From positions 6,510,001 through 6,574,000 of the forward strand of contig CM120649.1 in NCBI GenBank assembly GCA_051362555.1: DNA of 64,000 nucleotides. Direction: 5' to 3'. Below are positions 52,881 to 64,000 of this stretch, piece by piece (within the stretch, counting starts at the first letter, position 1; every line of letters begins with the position of its first letter). The translations under genes and the position numbers were made by a program. Below the pieces are notes generated by a model that saw only the letters and a program-made list of their open reading frames with translations, was not told where the DNA came from and ran no database searches. Origin of the DNA: Lingula anatina. Its lineage: Eukaryota; Animalia; Brachiopoda.

Positions 52881-55800
52881 ATGACTGCGGAAGAGGGGCT
52901 CCACAGCCATGTTAGCGCAGGAAAACACCGCGGATCGGTGCAGGCCACGCACGATGAGAACTGCGCGACGTGCGGCCGCTGCATTCGCGAGCACAGGGAA
53001 TGGGTGCCCGCTGTTGTCGTGGCTGTTTTACTACTGGTAGCTCTGGCCCTCTGTGGCATCTGGGTCACGGTACAGCTGAACGCTTTGAAAGACGGCCTAG
53101 AACAGTGCGAGAGACATGTCGCGCACCTGGCAAAAGGCCAGCAGGGAGGACTCTGGTATTCTGAAGAGCCCCCAGCTGAACATGGGCGGACTCTACCACC
53201 ACCATCACCATCAACAGAAAGCAATCACATGGAGAATCACTCCGACTACATGAAGTCACAAAATAACGGGGAAGACGAGTTTGACGAGGTAAGTATAAAG
53301 ACACAGCTATAGTTTCTATTGCACGTTCCGCACGATACAGATGGAGCATCATCGTTAAAGGGGACAAGAATATGACCGAAGGCAACGTAAAAAGACAGCA
53401 ATAATGTTTTAAAAAGATTCTTCCATATCATGACTAGAATAATACACGTGCATTGTGTTATTTCAGGTTGCTGAAACAAAAGACACAGCAGTGACAGACA
53501 TTTTCAACCTCCAAGTGTCACAAGAATCCCACCTAAAGCTACGACCAAGACGCAGCTCTGAGCAGCAAGGAAACGACCGGAAAGGACGCCGGGAAAGACA
53601 AAAGTCCAAGGCAAAAGCATCTACCGCAGCGCCAACCAAACGCAAGAAAAAATGCCCGCGCAGGTGTAGACACTGTGAGTTGCATGCATTTTCTCCTTTG
53701 TCATAATGCTATCTATACTAGATACTGTTTTGTAGTTTGAAAACAACATCCTTGATTTCAATACCCTTTATCGATTACACGGATATTTGATATAAAATAC
53801 CTTTAGTGATACATACGTGCACTCTGCACTGTGGTCTGTGTGTGCGCAAAAATAAAATGCACTACAGGTTTAAACATAAATGGTAAATAGAGGCATTGAT
53901 TTACTTTCAGGCTGTATCAAAGGTGATAAGGGTGAGTATAAGAGGCTATGACGCTAACTATTCCTCTTATTTGCTTGAAGAATCTAAAGACACCAATAAG
54001 TCATGGTTGTTGATGTTTCGCGTGCAATTTAGCGGTGACGCTATCTTGCGTTAGATAAAATTATCTAAAACATTATTAATGTGTCGAGCTTGCCAATTTA
54101 ACAGTTACTTATTATCGTCAATAACATGGTAGGGTCAGATGTGAGCAAAATTATAAGGAGGTGGTGCAATCTTTGGTCAGTCTCCAGCCCGACCCGACCC
54201 GACCCGTCCATGAGCCCTAGTTGAGTATTTCAAAAGCACTTATATGTGTATGTTCGCCCATTTAAAGTCAATGATGAAGGCTAGAAAATAAAGAAAAAAA
54301 TCTGACATTGATATATCGTAAACAGGTGGGCCAGTGGAGACCAGGTATGACGTACTTTAATAAAGTATTCTTTATCTATCTTAGGTGATAAAGGCGACCC
54401 GGGACCAAGTGGTCAGGTAAGAAGGAGAGAGAAAAAAACGAATGAAAACGATCAGTATATATATGTAGGCCGTTGCCGAAACGTGCGGCTTGCTTTAGTG
54501 GACTCCTTTACATAAAAGCAAAGCTATTTTGAGCTTACAATATCTAAAAACATACCGGCGTAACAAAACTGAGGGTCCATGTAACAGAAAGTACGCTCTC
54601 CATATAGTTATAATGGTTAGGGTTAGCCTGACCTAAGTGGGTCAAAATCTAGGGTGAGGGTTGCCTGTACAAATTTATGGGAAGAGGACTCTCTCTCAAG
54701 GGGGACCCTGTGTCACGTTACACCGGTACAGCTGTTTTTCTCGATGTGAAAAGGCCTTAAACCTAGTTATAGTGGCATTAATGTGTGCTCCCTCAATACT
54801 CAATGGCAGGTGAAGTTCTTTCCATTGATTTATTTGAAATATATAGTTTCAAATCCAGGTTATTCAGGTGTAACCTGCAGTTGTGGCACTGTAAATAACA
54901 TTAAATGTAGATAGTTCCTTGTACACCGAGTCCGTACCAGAAACTCTCGAATTTTGTCATCTTTATATACGAACCTTATTTGTTGCAGATGTCGCTGGCG
55001 GCGGCACTATACCGGGGAAATATAGGTCAGTGCGACGTCCCTGGATTACAATTTGTGTCACGTGATCTGATAAACTGACATGGTGTTTATGAAAACGAAA
55101 GTAATACGTACAATATCGTATAATATTGAGGAAACTCTGAATAAGCTTAAAAAGTTACTCATGCTAAATATTCAGCATTAGTTTAATGGGACTTTATAAA
55201 TATTAACTTACAGAAATATTTGTTTTTAAAAAGCACGTACACGAATAAATAATTCTTATGTAGAAGGTCAAGGTGAAAGGAGCACGAGTGGCTCTATAAA
55301 AAATTTTCTTATCAAATAACGACTTCAAAATATCTTAACGAAATACACCCATGTATCTACGTACTTGGCCAATTGGTAAAATAACTTTATATCAAAACAT
55401 TCCTCTCACAGGTACATTTGATCCAGATAGTATACCAGAGAGCAGGAGAGATTGCGACGAATTTGATAAGGTGAAAAGAACCTTTAGAAGTTGTGGTAAG
55501 TTCTTTTACCTAAAAAGGCCAAGATATCAGAAAGTGTCATATCGTTATATAGATATTCAAGTATCGCAACTGCTTTATGTATAAAGCTACAACAATGAAT
55601 AATTGGTGTCGTACATTTTCTCCGTACAGCATTTGGTTTAAAATTTTAAAATTAAAATTCAAAATTTGAAATTGAATTTTGAAATTTGTTTAAAATTTGA
55701 TATGTGATATGTACAAGGTAAGAATCTTGTTGGTTTATTTCTTTTTATACAGTTTATTAATTTTACAGATGGTAAACTTATGTACTGGGAGAAGGTGCCT

Positions 55801-57017
55801 TGGATGAAGGACCCAGATCATGCGAGAGTTTACGAGAACAAGTTTCAGAAGACCTGGGACGGGCAGGTTCGAGTGACTGAAGGGGGTCTGTACTATTTAT
55901 ATGGTCAGGTGAGCAGACCAACAGAAAAAAATCCATTGGCCTCATTCAGAACCACGGAACAAATATGGCGACCCACTTAAAAACTTGCCGTCGAATCCCC
56001 TAATAGACATTGAATATATTCCCCGTGGGTCGGCCATATTTGATCCGTGGACTTGTAAGTCAGCTGTTGTGAATGGGGACATTGAATATATAAGCGCTTG
56101 GTAACATAAAGTGCCATTCATTAAGCTTCACTGAGTTTTCCCAACGTTATTTTTTGCTCCTATCGTATATAAAGTGCCCCTATTATCTTTTTATTTACTA
56201 TTCATTGTTATAAACGAGTTCGATTCGACTTTCAATTTTTTCGTTTTTGGTTTTAGAACATTTAAAGGGACGAAACGCACAAAGGCACAAATATTGGAGT
56301 TAAATTTTATTTTAGAATCAGAATATAAAATCTGCTGCATTTTATCATTTGCGTCTAATATCTGTATTCTTTTGTCTGATACAAAAGTCAGTCATCTTTC
56401 TCTTTTTCTTTCGTATGAGTCATGTCTTGCCCAAACATGCAGAAAGTAGGTAAATTGTTCTCTAACGAAAAAAAAACTAATTTCCACATTAAAAAAACGC
56501 AATAAGTTTCTATTTTCCATAAGAGCACACGCGTGTCAGTATTTTTTTGTCCTCTGGTTAAATAATATTCTGTGTTAAGAATAATTGTTCCAAACATGTT
56601 TTGGTTTAACTGCTTAACGGGCATTTTTCATGTTCTGCACAAAGACTTGAATCCACCTGTTAGACCTACCTAAACCTACCTTTTGAACCTACCTGTTTAA
56701 CGCTGTTTTTTGTCTTCCCTCAGATAACGTTCTACAACGCCTCTCCGTTTAACACAGCTGGCATAGATGTTAACGGTCATACTGTCGTTAGGTGCACCAA
56801 CAGCGTTCCAATCACTAACCCTGGCAGCGCTTCCAGCACCTACCAAACTTGCTCTATGAGGACGGTTTGGAACCTTGAGGAGAACGCCGAAGTACAGATG
56901 GTTGTGAAACAGCCAAATCGAGCTCTCGACATGCGCCCAGATACAACGTTCTTTGGGTTGGTGAAATTGAATGACGTCACAGAGATGATGATGACGTCAC
57001 CAACTTCACCACAGTGA
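52881..57017 (+). CDS. TNF-superfamily ligand C, paralogue of A (407 aa, 8 exons)
   Basis: Exons 52881-53288, 53467-53674, 53911-53931, 54385-54416, 54989-55025, 55412-55495, 55769-55908 and 56724-57017 are in phase (1224 nt), with the same phases as A and identical 32/37/84/140-nt exons. TM WVPAVVVAVLLLVALALCGIWV; furin RPRR; KCPRRCRHCC; GDKGDKGDPGPSGQ; GLYYLYGQITF..TTFFGLVKL. Confidence 0.9.
54553..54728. mobile_element. MITE (TACCGG.GTAAC termini, internal GGTTAGGGTTAG) in intron 4 of gene C
   Basis: TACCGGCGTAAC...GTTACACCGGTA; an inverted second copy lies at ~57303-57479. Confidence 0.75.
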
Positions 57018-57302
57018 GGACAGGTCTTGATTAGTCACACATATGATGTGCTTGAGTCCTTTGATGTCAAGGACCAATTTGTTACAGACATTCTATTTCA
57101 TTGATCTGGAGTGGTGTGGTCTCATTACAATGACGTTTTATCAAAGGTTACCTAAAAAGAAATGCATGAAACCAGCCGATGTGCTGATCAAGGTGCCGCC
57201 TCATCCTACAGTCAATAAGCGAGCAATACAACTATGTCAGGAGCGTAGGTTACATTTAAGTTAGGTCTTAGAGTGTGTATCAATTTCTGTTTTGATTGGT
57301 CG

Positions 57303-57479
57303 AACCTGATGTAACGTGTCAGATAGTCCCCCATAACAGAGAGTCCGCTTCCATGCATTTGTACAGGTGAGCCTCGCCCTAGATTTTGACCCACTTAGGT
57401 CTGGCTAACCCTAACCATTATAACAATATGGAGGGCGGACTTTCTGTTACACGGACCCTCAGTTTCGTTACACCTGGTA
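57303..57479. mobile_element. Inverted second copy of the 54553-54728 MITE, downstream of gene C stop
   Basis: CCCTAGATTTTGACCCACTTAGGTC.GGCTAACCCTAACCATTATAAC.ATATGGAG...TTTCTGTTACA.GGACCCTCAGTTT is the reverse complement of 54566-54655. Confidence 0.78.
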
Positions 57480-58769
57480 GCAGACGGTGAGGCGTGCATG
57501 TCATGCATTGTAGAGGAGTAATGGATGAGATGGTGTTTTTAACTTGTAATTTCATCCTTTAAAATGTCTTAAAGATACTATTTTAAAAAGCATGTTAGTA
57601 TATACGCATAAAGGGTCAGTTCTTGTCATAACTAAATAGGCTGTAAGGCTGTGTTTTATTAAATAAGCCTATTCTCAGAATTCCAAATCGCCATTTTCTG
57701 TGGGTTTGACTTATTTGTCAACACCTGAGCTCGCAACCTTATATGATATACGAAACTGAAGTGAGACAGACGGAACAAGGCGCGAGAGATGTCTTGAAAG
57801 GTTGTTTCCAAATTTTCACATTCTGCTATTTTCAGAGGACTGCAATATGAAGGCCGCACCGAAAGACTGCAATAAAATCCACACTACACTACAAAAATAA
57901 TGGGATTTTATAAACGTAGATGGATTTCCCGTAGACAATCTATCAAATCAAAGGGATTTAAGATGTGTTGAGTTTATTAATTCTATTGACATTATTATGT
58001 GGAGTGTATATAACAACCATCCTTATTCATATAATGGATATTCATATATTATAATTGGATTTGCAACAACTTACATCTGACATGTTATCAGCTCTTCGTT
58101 TTTATTTGTTTATCTTTTCATTATTCATTTGCATTTGATATCTCTGATATCCTCCTCATTCTCAATATCATATTTTTCTGCCCCTAATATAACTGTACAT
58201 ATACGATATCTCTTTTTGTGTATCATAATTAGATTTATTTGTAAATATCGCTTTTATTTAATTATGAAAATAAATTTCCTGTAGTTTCTTTGAATTATTG
58301 TAACATAGGGTGACGTATAAACATGCATACGGTATAAATGTTTTGAGTTGTTTTTTATTAACATCCACATAGTGAAGTCCTTAATTGCTTTGTCTTCGAG
58401 GCTCTTGTGACAGAATTTATCAACGTTAACGACACTGAATTCGAGTGATGTGTGTTGTTGCACCTTCATGTAAAAAGTGTTTTTCCGAGAGATGCCTGTA
58501 TCCAGATCCCCTAAATGTATTTCAATTGAGAAATTTGACACGAATAAAAACTGTTTGCAATTTACCACACAATGAAATCAACTTTACCCACTCCAAGTCC
58601 CGTTAAGGTAAACTACGCAGTAGATTTCTTTGCTGATAAAAATAGATCCCATCAAGGTCAGCGTTCATATTCCACTATACAGCGCCGTGGTGTGCTTAGT
58701 TCATTGTAATTTTTGTTCGTTTTGGTAAAGGTGTTTACCGCGGCTGTAAATAAACGCAGAACAAACACC

Positions 58770-60260
58770 ATGGAGTTAAGGGCTTCCGAGAGATTGCGCC
58801 AATCCAGTGTGGTGAAAATTTGTCTTGTTGGAGGAGGAGCCGGAGCACTATGCGCGGTAATGATATGCGCAGTTGTCTTGTCCCTTGCGCTCGACCAGGG
58901 GTTCGTTAACGATTTTACTCAACGACAACTGGCAGCAAACTCACACCCAGAATCAACACGTAATGAGGTACAGGTACTCGGTTCGCTGGTTCATTCAAGA
59001 AGCAAACGTTGGTTGAACAAAGGGCAACAATTTGCCGAACCATCTTCAACATTAAGGAAGAGAAACCCACGTGACTTGGAAGACAAAATTAGCGGTCACA
59101 AACGTCATCAGCGGAACCGTCGATCTGTTGAGGTAAACATGTATTTGTTCAAAAGGATGCATTTGTTAATTTCAACAAATCTGTTGGGCTGTTAAACATT
59201 AAAAAAAGTAAATGTGAAGATATGAATGTAAGGTCCAAAGTGAAATAATGCCCTACTGGTAATATCCATTTGTTCTTAACAGTACCGGTACGGTATGGTA
59301 CGAAAGTACTGTAGATTTATTTTTAGACTGATATGTTCTTGTTTCACAAATATTCACAATACCACACTTCTTTAAGCATTTAATGTTTTTTTACAGTCTA
59401 AACCGTCCATCCACCTTGTTCCAAAAACTGGAGGGAACCCTAGTGTTGCTCCTGTCTTGAGTGACGGTACGACTCATGCATGGTCATCGTACCGTGTATG
59501 AGTACATTTTAGCAAGACAGAGTGTGTGTGTGTGTGTGTTTGTATTTGTGTGTGTGTGCGCGCGCGCATGTGTGTGTGTAGAACATTATTTGTATACTTG
59601 CATGCACTATAGTGCCAGTAACTAAATGATACCCGGTACTAATATCAGTAAATTTCGTTCAACCAAAGTACATTTAACTGTAGACTGACCTTTTATTGCA
59701 AGTGTACATGTATATATTTACATACGTTGTTCAGTGCATCAATTTCTAATATTACAGGTACGTTCTGCCACTGGCGGCACCTCACGCTGTCCAATGACGG
59801 CAGTCTCTATTACGACGCCTATCACAACGTTGTGGTCATCACAAAGCCAGGTGTGTACTATGTGTACGGTCAGGTGTATGTCAGGGCCACATCGGACAAA
59901 AATGTGTCCTTCTGTTTATTCCGAGGGCACAGGAAACGTCACAAGTGGTTCATCTTTGATTTAAACACCCATGATCTTTCTGGCGCATTGGTTTGTGGTC
60001 TGTTACAGCCTCGATTTGATTTCACACCGACCCAATTCCAACTGACCAATGAGGAGGTCGTTATAGAATTGCCAAGGGATAAAATGAGGCATGCGTACCG
60101 TACACGCGCTACCAGCATGGTTTCAGGTGTATTTTATTTTGATGAGAATGATACTGTTTCGATGGCGATAGCAGGAGGTACTGATGTCAGCGAACACAGG
60201 GAGGATTTACAAATCGGCCTCCAACACAATTTCACATATTTTGGAGCCTTTATGGTGTAA
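58770..60260 (+). CDS. TNF-superfamily ligand D, type II membrane protein (311 aa, 3 exons)
   Basis: Exons 58770-59132, 59397-59466 and 59758-60260 are in phase. TM ALCAVMICAVVLSLAL; furin RSKR and RNRR; KPSIHLVP..GTFCHW..VVITKPGVYYVYGQVYV..SGVFYFDENDTVSM..FTYFGAFMV. Confidence 0.88.
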
Positions 60261-60599
60261 TTCAACGTACCATGGGCAATAAATTTGTGAAATGTTAAGA
60301 ATATTGTATGCTTAAACGTGCCTGTGTACGTGCATCGCAACTTACAAAACGATGATGCCAAATCTCCACTTTTATACCGTGTAAATACCGTGTATAATTA
60401 ATACTAGTACACAGGGTACTAGTACTTTGCACTTAGTATTGATTCTTATTTTTAGGCATTCATTCAGTCTGTTAGTTAAATGGATGTTTCACCGATCTCT
60501 GTGAAATGCTGTATAACCCTGTTAGTGACATTTGTATCGACATGAAACCGAATCCATTATTAGTTTACTATCAGTATTCATAAAAGTCTTAAACTTCAT

Positions 60600-60712
60600 G
60601 TGGAGTGACGTCATGTGCAGCAACTCGACCCGATTGGCTAGCAAAAGAGCGCGGATGTCGAGTAGAAAAATAATGAACAACCCTATGGAAAATGGTGAGT
60701 GGGAAATCCCCC
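60600..60712 (+). promoter_or_regulatory. Candidate enhancer/promoter module upstream of gene E (CRE, CCAAT, kB)
   Basis: TGACGTCA 60606-60613, ATTGG ~60634, GGGAAATCCC 60701-60710. Confidence 0.4.
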
Positions 60713-61647
60713 AATTTACAGTATTTCACATCAGAACAAAATGCAACTCGTTCAATTTACACAGATATTTTTTATGTACATACACATGTACACTTACCCT
60801 AACATATACATGTACATGTATGCTCAAATAAAATAAAAGGGTAAAATTATCAATAAAATCACTCTATTTTCTCCGCTGCTCCGCTCCAGTGAATCAACTA
60901 CACCTGTGCGCATCTCGCCTTGCCACTGAGTGCGCCCAGTTATCCTCCAAAAATTACGATTCGCAGAAAGACGAGAATCTACGAGACTTAATTCGTGCAG
61001 TCATGTGCATGCTAGAGTGTTCAGTGCGCAACTTTTTTTTCACATTTTTTCCACTATTGAGATTTTGCTGTACAGTAGTTTACAGTTAAAATGCATCTTT
61101 AATACTCAATAAATTAATAATTGCACTTGTACTTATTTGAGTTGTTGCTTTTTACCGTGATATTGCGTCAAGACGGTAAGCCAAAAACGATAAACGGGAT
61201 GTATTATTATTATTATTATCATTAAAATAATAATTATCAACGGCGAGCAGTGATCAAATTATTGAAGGCAATGGAGGTTTGTAGTCACGCACGAAATAAT
61301 TCAATCTAACATTTCTGGCAAAATGGCATCACTTTTGCTTTAGATCTAGCCCAATTGCTCTCATATACTTGTTGCGAATGTAGATTTAATTGCTTCTCCA
61401 TGATATCACGCATTTTGTCACAGAAAGTTTAAGAAACTTGTACAAAAAAGGTAGTCTGTTAGTAAAATAACATGCCAAGTGCAAAACGTGCGTATTTTCT
61501 TGTTTACCGTAGATGCTGGGACCTTGTTAAATCAAATCTGGGGGTCTGGAAGTAAATGGTGTTACATATCAATACGGCTGCTGATGCCCCAGTAAGCTAA
61601 ATACACGTCCCAAGCGCTACGTTAAAAAAAGGCTCACACAAATCGAT

Positions 61648-62160
61648 ATGGACGTACGAGTATGCACCTCCTGTTTGTTTCTGTTGAAGTCGTTACTACA
61701 ATTTGCAGTGATCATTACTGCAGTGTGTATAGCCTATTCGCGAGCGGTTAGTGTAGGGGAACCACCGTCATCGGAAGGGAAAGCCCTGCTTGATCATTCG
61801 GAGATAAATGTGAACGGGGAAGTCCCTGCAAGGATCTATGGCGGTGAATTCACACCCCTACATAATGGCCGCACAAGGGATCGTGATGGTGGCCGGAATG
61901 TGAGACGGAGGCGTGGGGGTCCCCAGGACAAAAAGAGGGTCCTGATTAAAGCAGCCTTTGGACCACAACCGCCCTTTTCGCCACTAAGGCCTAAATGCGT
62001 GGGAAAAAGTAGAAAGGTGATAATAACAACGTATTAACGAGAACATAGTTTGAAAATGAAAGGAAGTAATATTATCTTTTTTCTAACAGAAAAGTAAGTG
62101 GACCCTTTCGGCTCTCTCCTGTATGCATTTTTTAAAACATTTTTTACTTTATTATTATTA

Positions 62161-62211
<51 letters not shown>

Positions 62212-63568
62212 TGCTAAAATCTGAACATGTGTTTTGAAAGAATTCAATCGGTGAATTTGTTAAAAACATGTCAGTTTTGTTTCAGGGTCGCGGTCTGATC
62301 CACCTCATTCCTAAGACGACTGGACCGACAGACGCTGTCACCGCTACAATAACAAAACAGGGTGCGTCTCTTTTTTTAACTATATTGAAACATCATGTTT
62401 GTGTTTTTGGTATGCACGCAACAATAGAGTTAGATAAATTAAGATTAAGTACCGTCTTGTCTACTACCTACACGTGTTTTGTATATTTTAATTAAAAAAA
62501 AAATTAACTCACTTGTATCAGAGGCGCCCTAAAACCTTGGGGTTTCTTGATCGATGAAACATTTTCTAGAAATAAAGACACTCTAGAAAATATATTGAAA
62601 ACACTGAAAAATATTCTTTAAAATATGCTCGGTTTGGTGCACTTATTTGACCAAAATTTAAATGTGTTAATTTTTATAGGGACGTTTACTCAGTGGCAGC
62701 GTGTCACTACCAACCGGAAGACGTATCTACGATATGACGTCACCACTAACGCAATAGTGACATTCCGGAAAGAGGCGATCTTTTATGTGTACGCGCAAAT
62801 TCACTTTCATCAGATGACGTCACAAACACTGATGTTTTGTATCTACAAAAGCGCCCAATCCCAGACCGACAACAGTAGTGACATCAGGTAAGTGCACGTG
62901 ACAGTGTTGGTGACGTCATGGGGGTACAGTTAGTGGAGACATCAGGTCCGAAGCACCGACAATGCTTGTGTCAACAGGGAAAGACAATGTCGATAAAAGT
63001 GGGGACATCATGTGTGAGGTGCTTACGTCAGTAATGGTGGTAGAAGTAGAACTTAAAAAATCTTACAGTAGTACGTGTTACTGCATGTAGTCTTCTCTTT
63101 GAAATCTATATATTAGACTTATTTGCACCACCACGAACATAAGACAGACTATAATTAATTGTCCTCTTTGCTTAAAATATCTATATTCATTAAAACGGTT
63201 AAAGGAAATAATTCAAATAAAACAAGTGATATTTTCAGGTGTAAAACAAATAACCTAAACAGAGTGACGTCTTTTCTCAACCAAAAAAAACGAAACTTTA
63301 TGATCATATTTTCAGAGACAGATCAACGGCTCTGGCATGTGGGTCATCCACTACAAGTTATATTCCTTTCTACAAAAACCAACAGGACAGAGAACCAAGC
63401 TTCGTGTGGGAAAACGCCAACACCGTCTTCATCGGCGGGGTCTTCCCTTTGCTCTGCAGGGACAGGCTATGGCTCGGAATGTTTCAAGTGGACTCCGGGG
63501 AGTATGAAGGTTTTAAAATCAGGATCAATAGAAACTCTACATATTTCGGAATGCACGAGGTTTATTGA
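61648..63568 (+). CDS. TNF-superfamily ligand E (301 aa, 4 exons)
   Basis: Exons 61648-62016, 62286-62361, 62680-62887 and 63316-63568 are in phase. Hydrophobic N-term LLQFAVIITAVCIAYS; RRRR; LIHLIPKT..GTFTQW..AIFYVYAQIHF..NTVFIGGVFPLLCRDRLWL..STYFGMHEVY. Confidence 0.87.
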
Positions 63569-64000
63569 CGTTTCATTTTGGATATTATCTTTAACTTTTT
63601 ATGTAAACTGTAGATAACCATTTTGTAAATATTGTAATTCTGTGCCAATATATGTGCATGTCTATTATTACATATAGTAGCCTACTAAAGAATATGTAAG
63701 GCACTAAGCTCTAATCACACACTGGACAAGTGCATATACCTGTCCCAAATCATGTATATACGATATTTATTTTCATTATATTAAATCTCGTTTAGAACGA
63801 CAAAAAATCTCCACTACTGCGTCACTTTCGTTGTAGATTAAGCATATATCCAGGTTCTGAAGAAAATCATATTTCCACCTAATTCAGGAATTTTAAAATA
63901 AATTGTTCGTCTACGTTAGACCTAGGGATTAACAAAATACACGTGCATGTCCTAGTAAAATAAATGTTACATTTCATTTTGAGAAAATACCAGCTGAACA

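Noticed and set aside
47729-60260. Hypothesis that A+B and C+D arose as one block duplication
   Set aside because: A and C are closely alignable whereas B and D are far more divergent and differ at the N-terminus; unsupported without phylogeny.

Overview
AT-rich, intron- and microsatellite-rich animal genomic DNA, probably a lophotrochozoan invertebrate such as a mollusc (inference). All gene models below were spliced by hand from GT-AG sites with phase checks. Contents: (1) a minus-strand 3-exon gene for a SMB/Cys-rich, probably GPI-anchored protein (2822-10289). Its first intron holds a 5'-truncated L1/Tx1-type LINE with poly(A) and a 12-bp TSD, nested inside a small inverted-repeat element. 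(2) A minus-strand 7-coding-exon BTB-BACK-Kelch gene (17186-21715). (3) A non-coding interval with clustered NF-kB-type sites and splice signals, a possible lncRNA. (4) A tandem plus-strand cluster of five TNF-superfamily ligand genes (35586-63568). Two are 8-exon paralogues with ectodysplasin-like architecture (TM, furin site, Cys cluster, mini-collagen, TNF domain). Three are short and divergent, one apparently with a cleavable signal peptide. The two paralogues share promoter (E2F/NRF1/GAS/TATA/kB-like) and intronic (E-box/ISRE-like) motifs. In one of them a perfect 19-bp inverted repeat brackets an in-frame TNF-domain loop exon.
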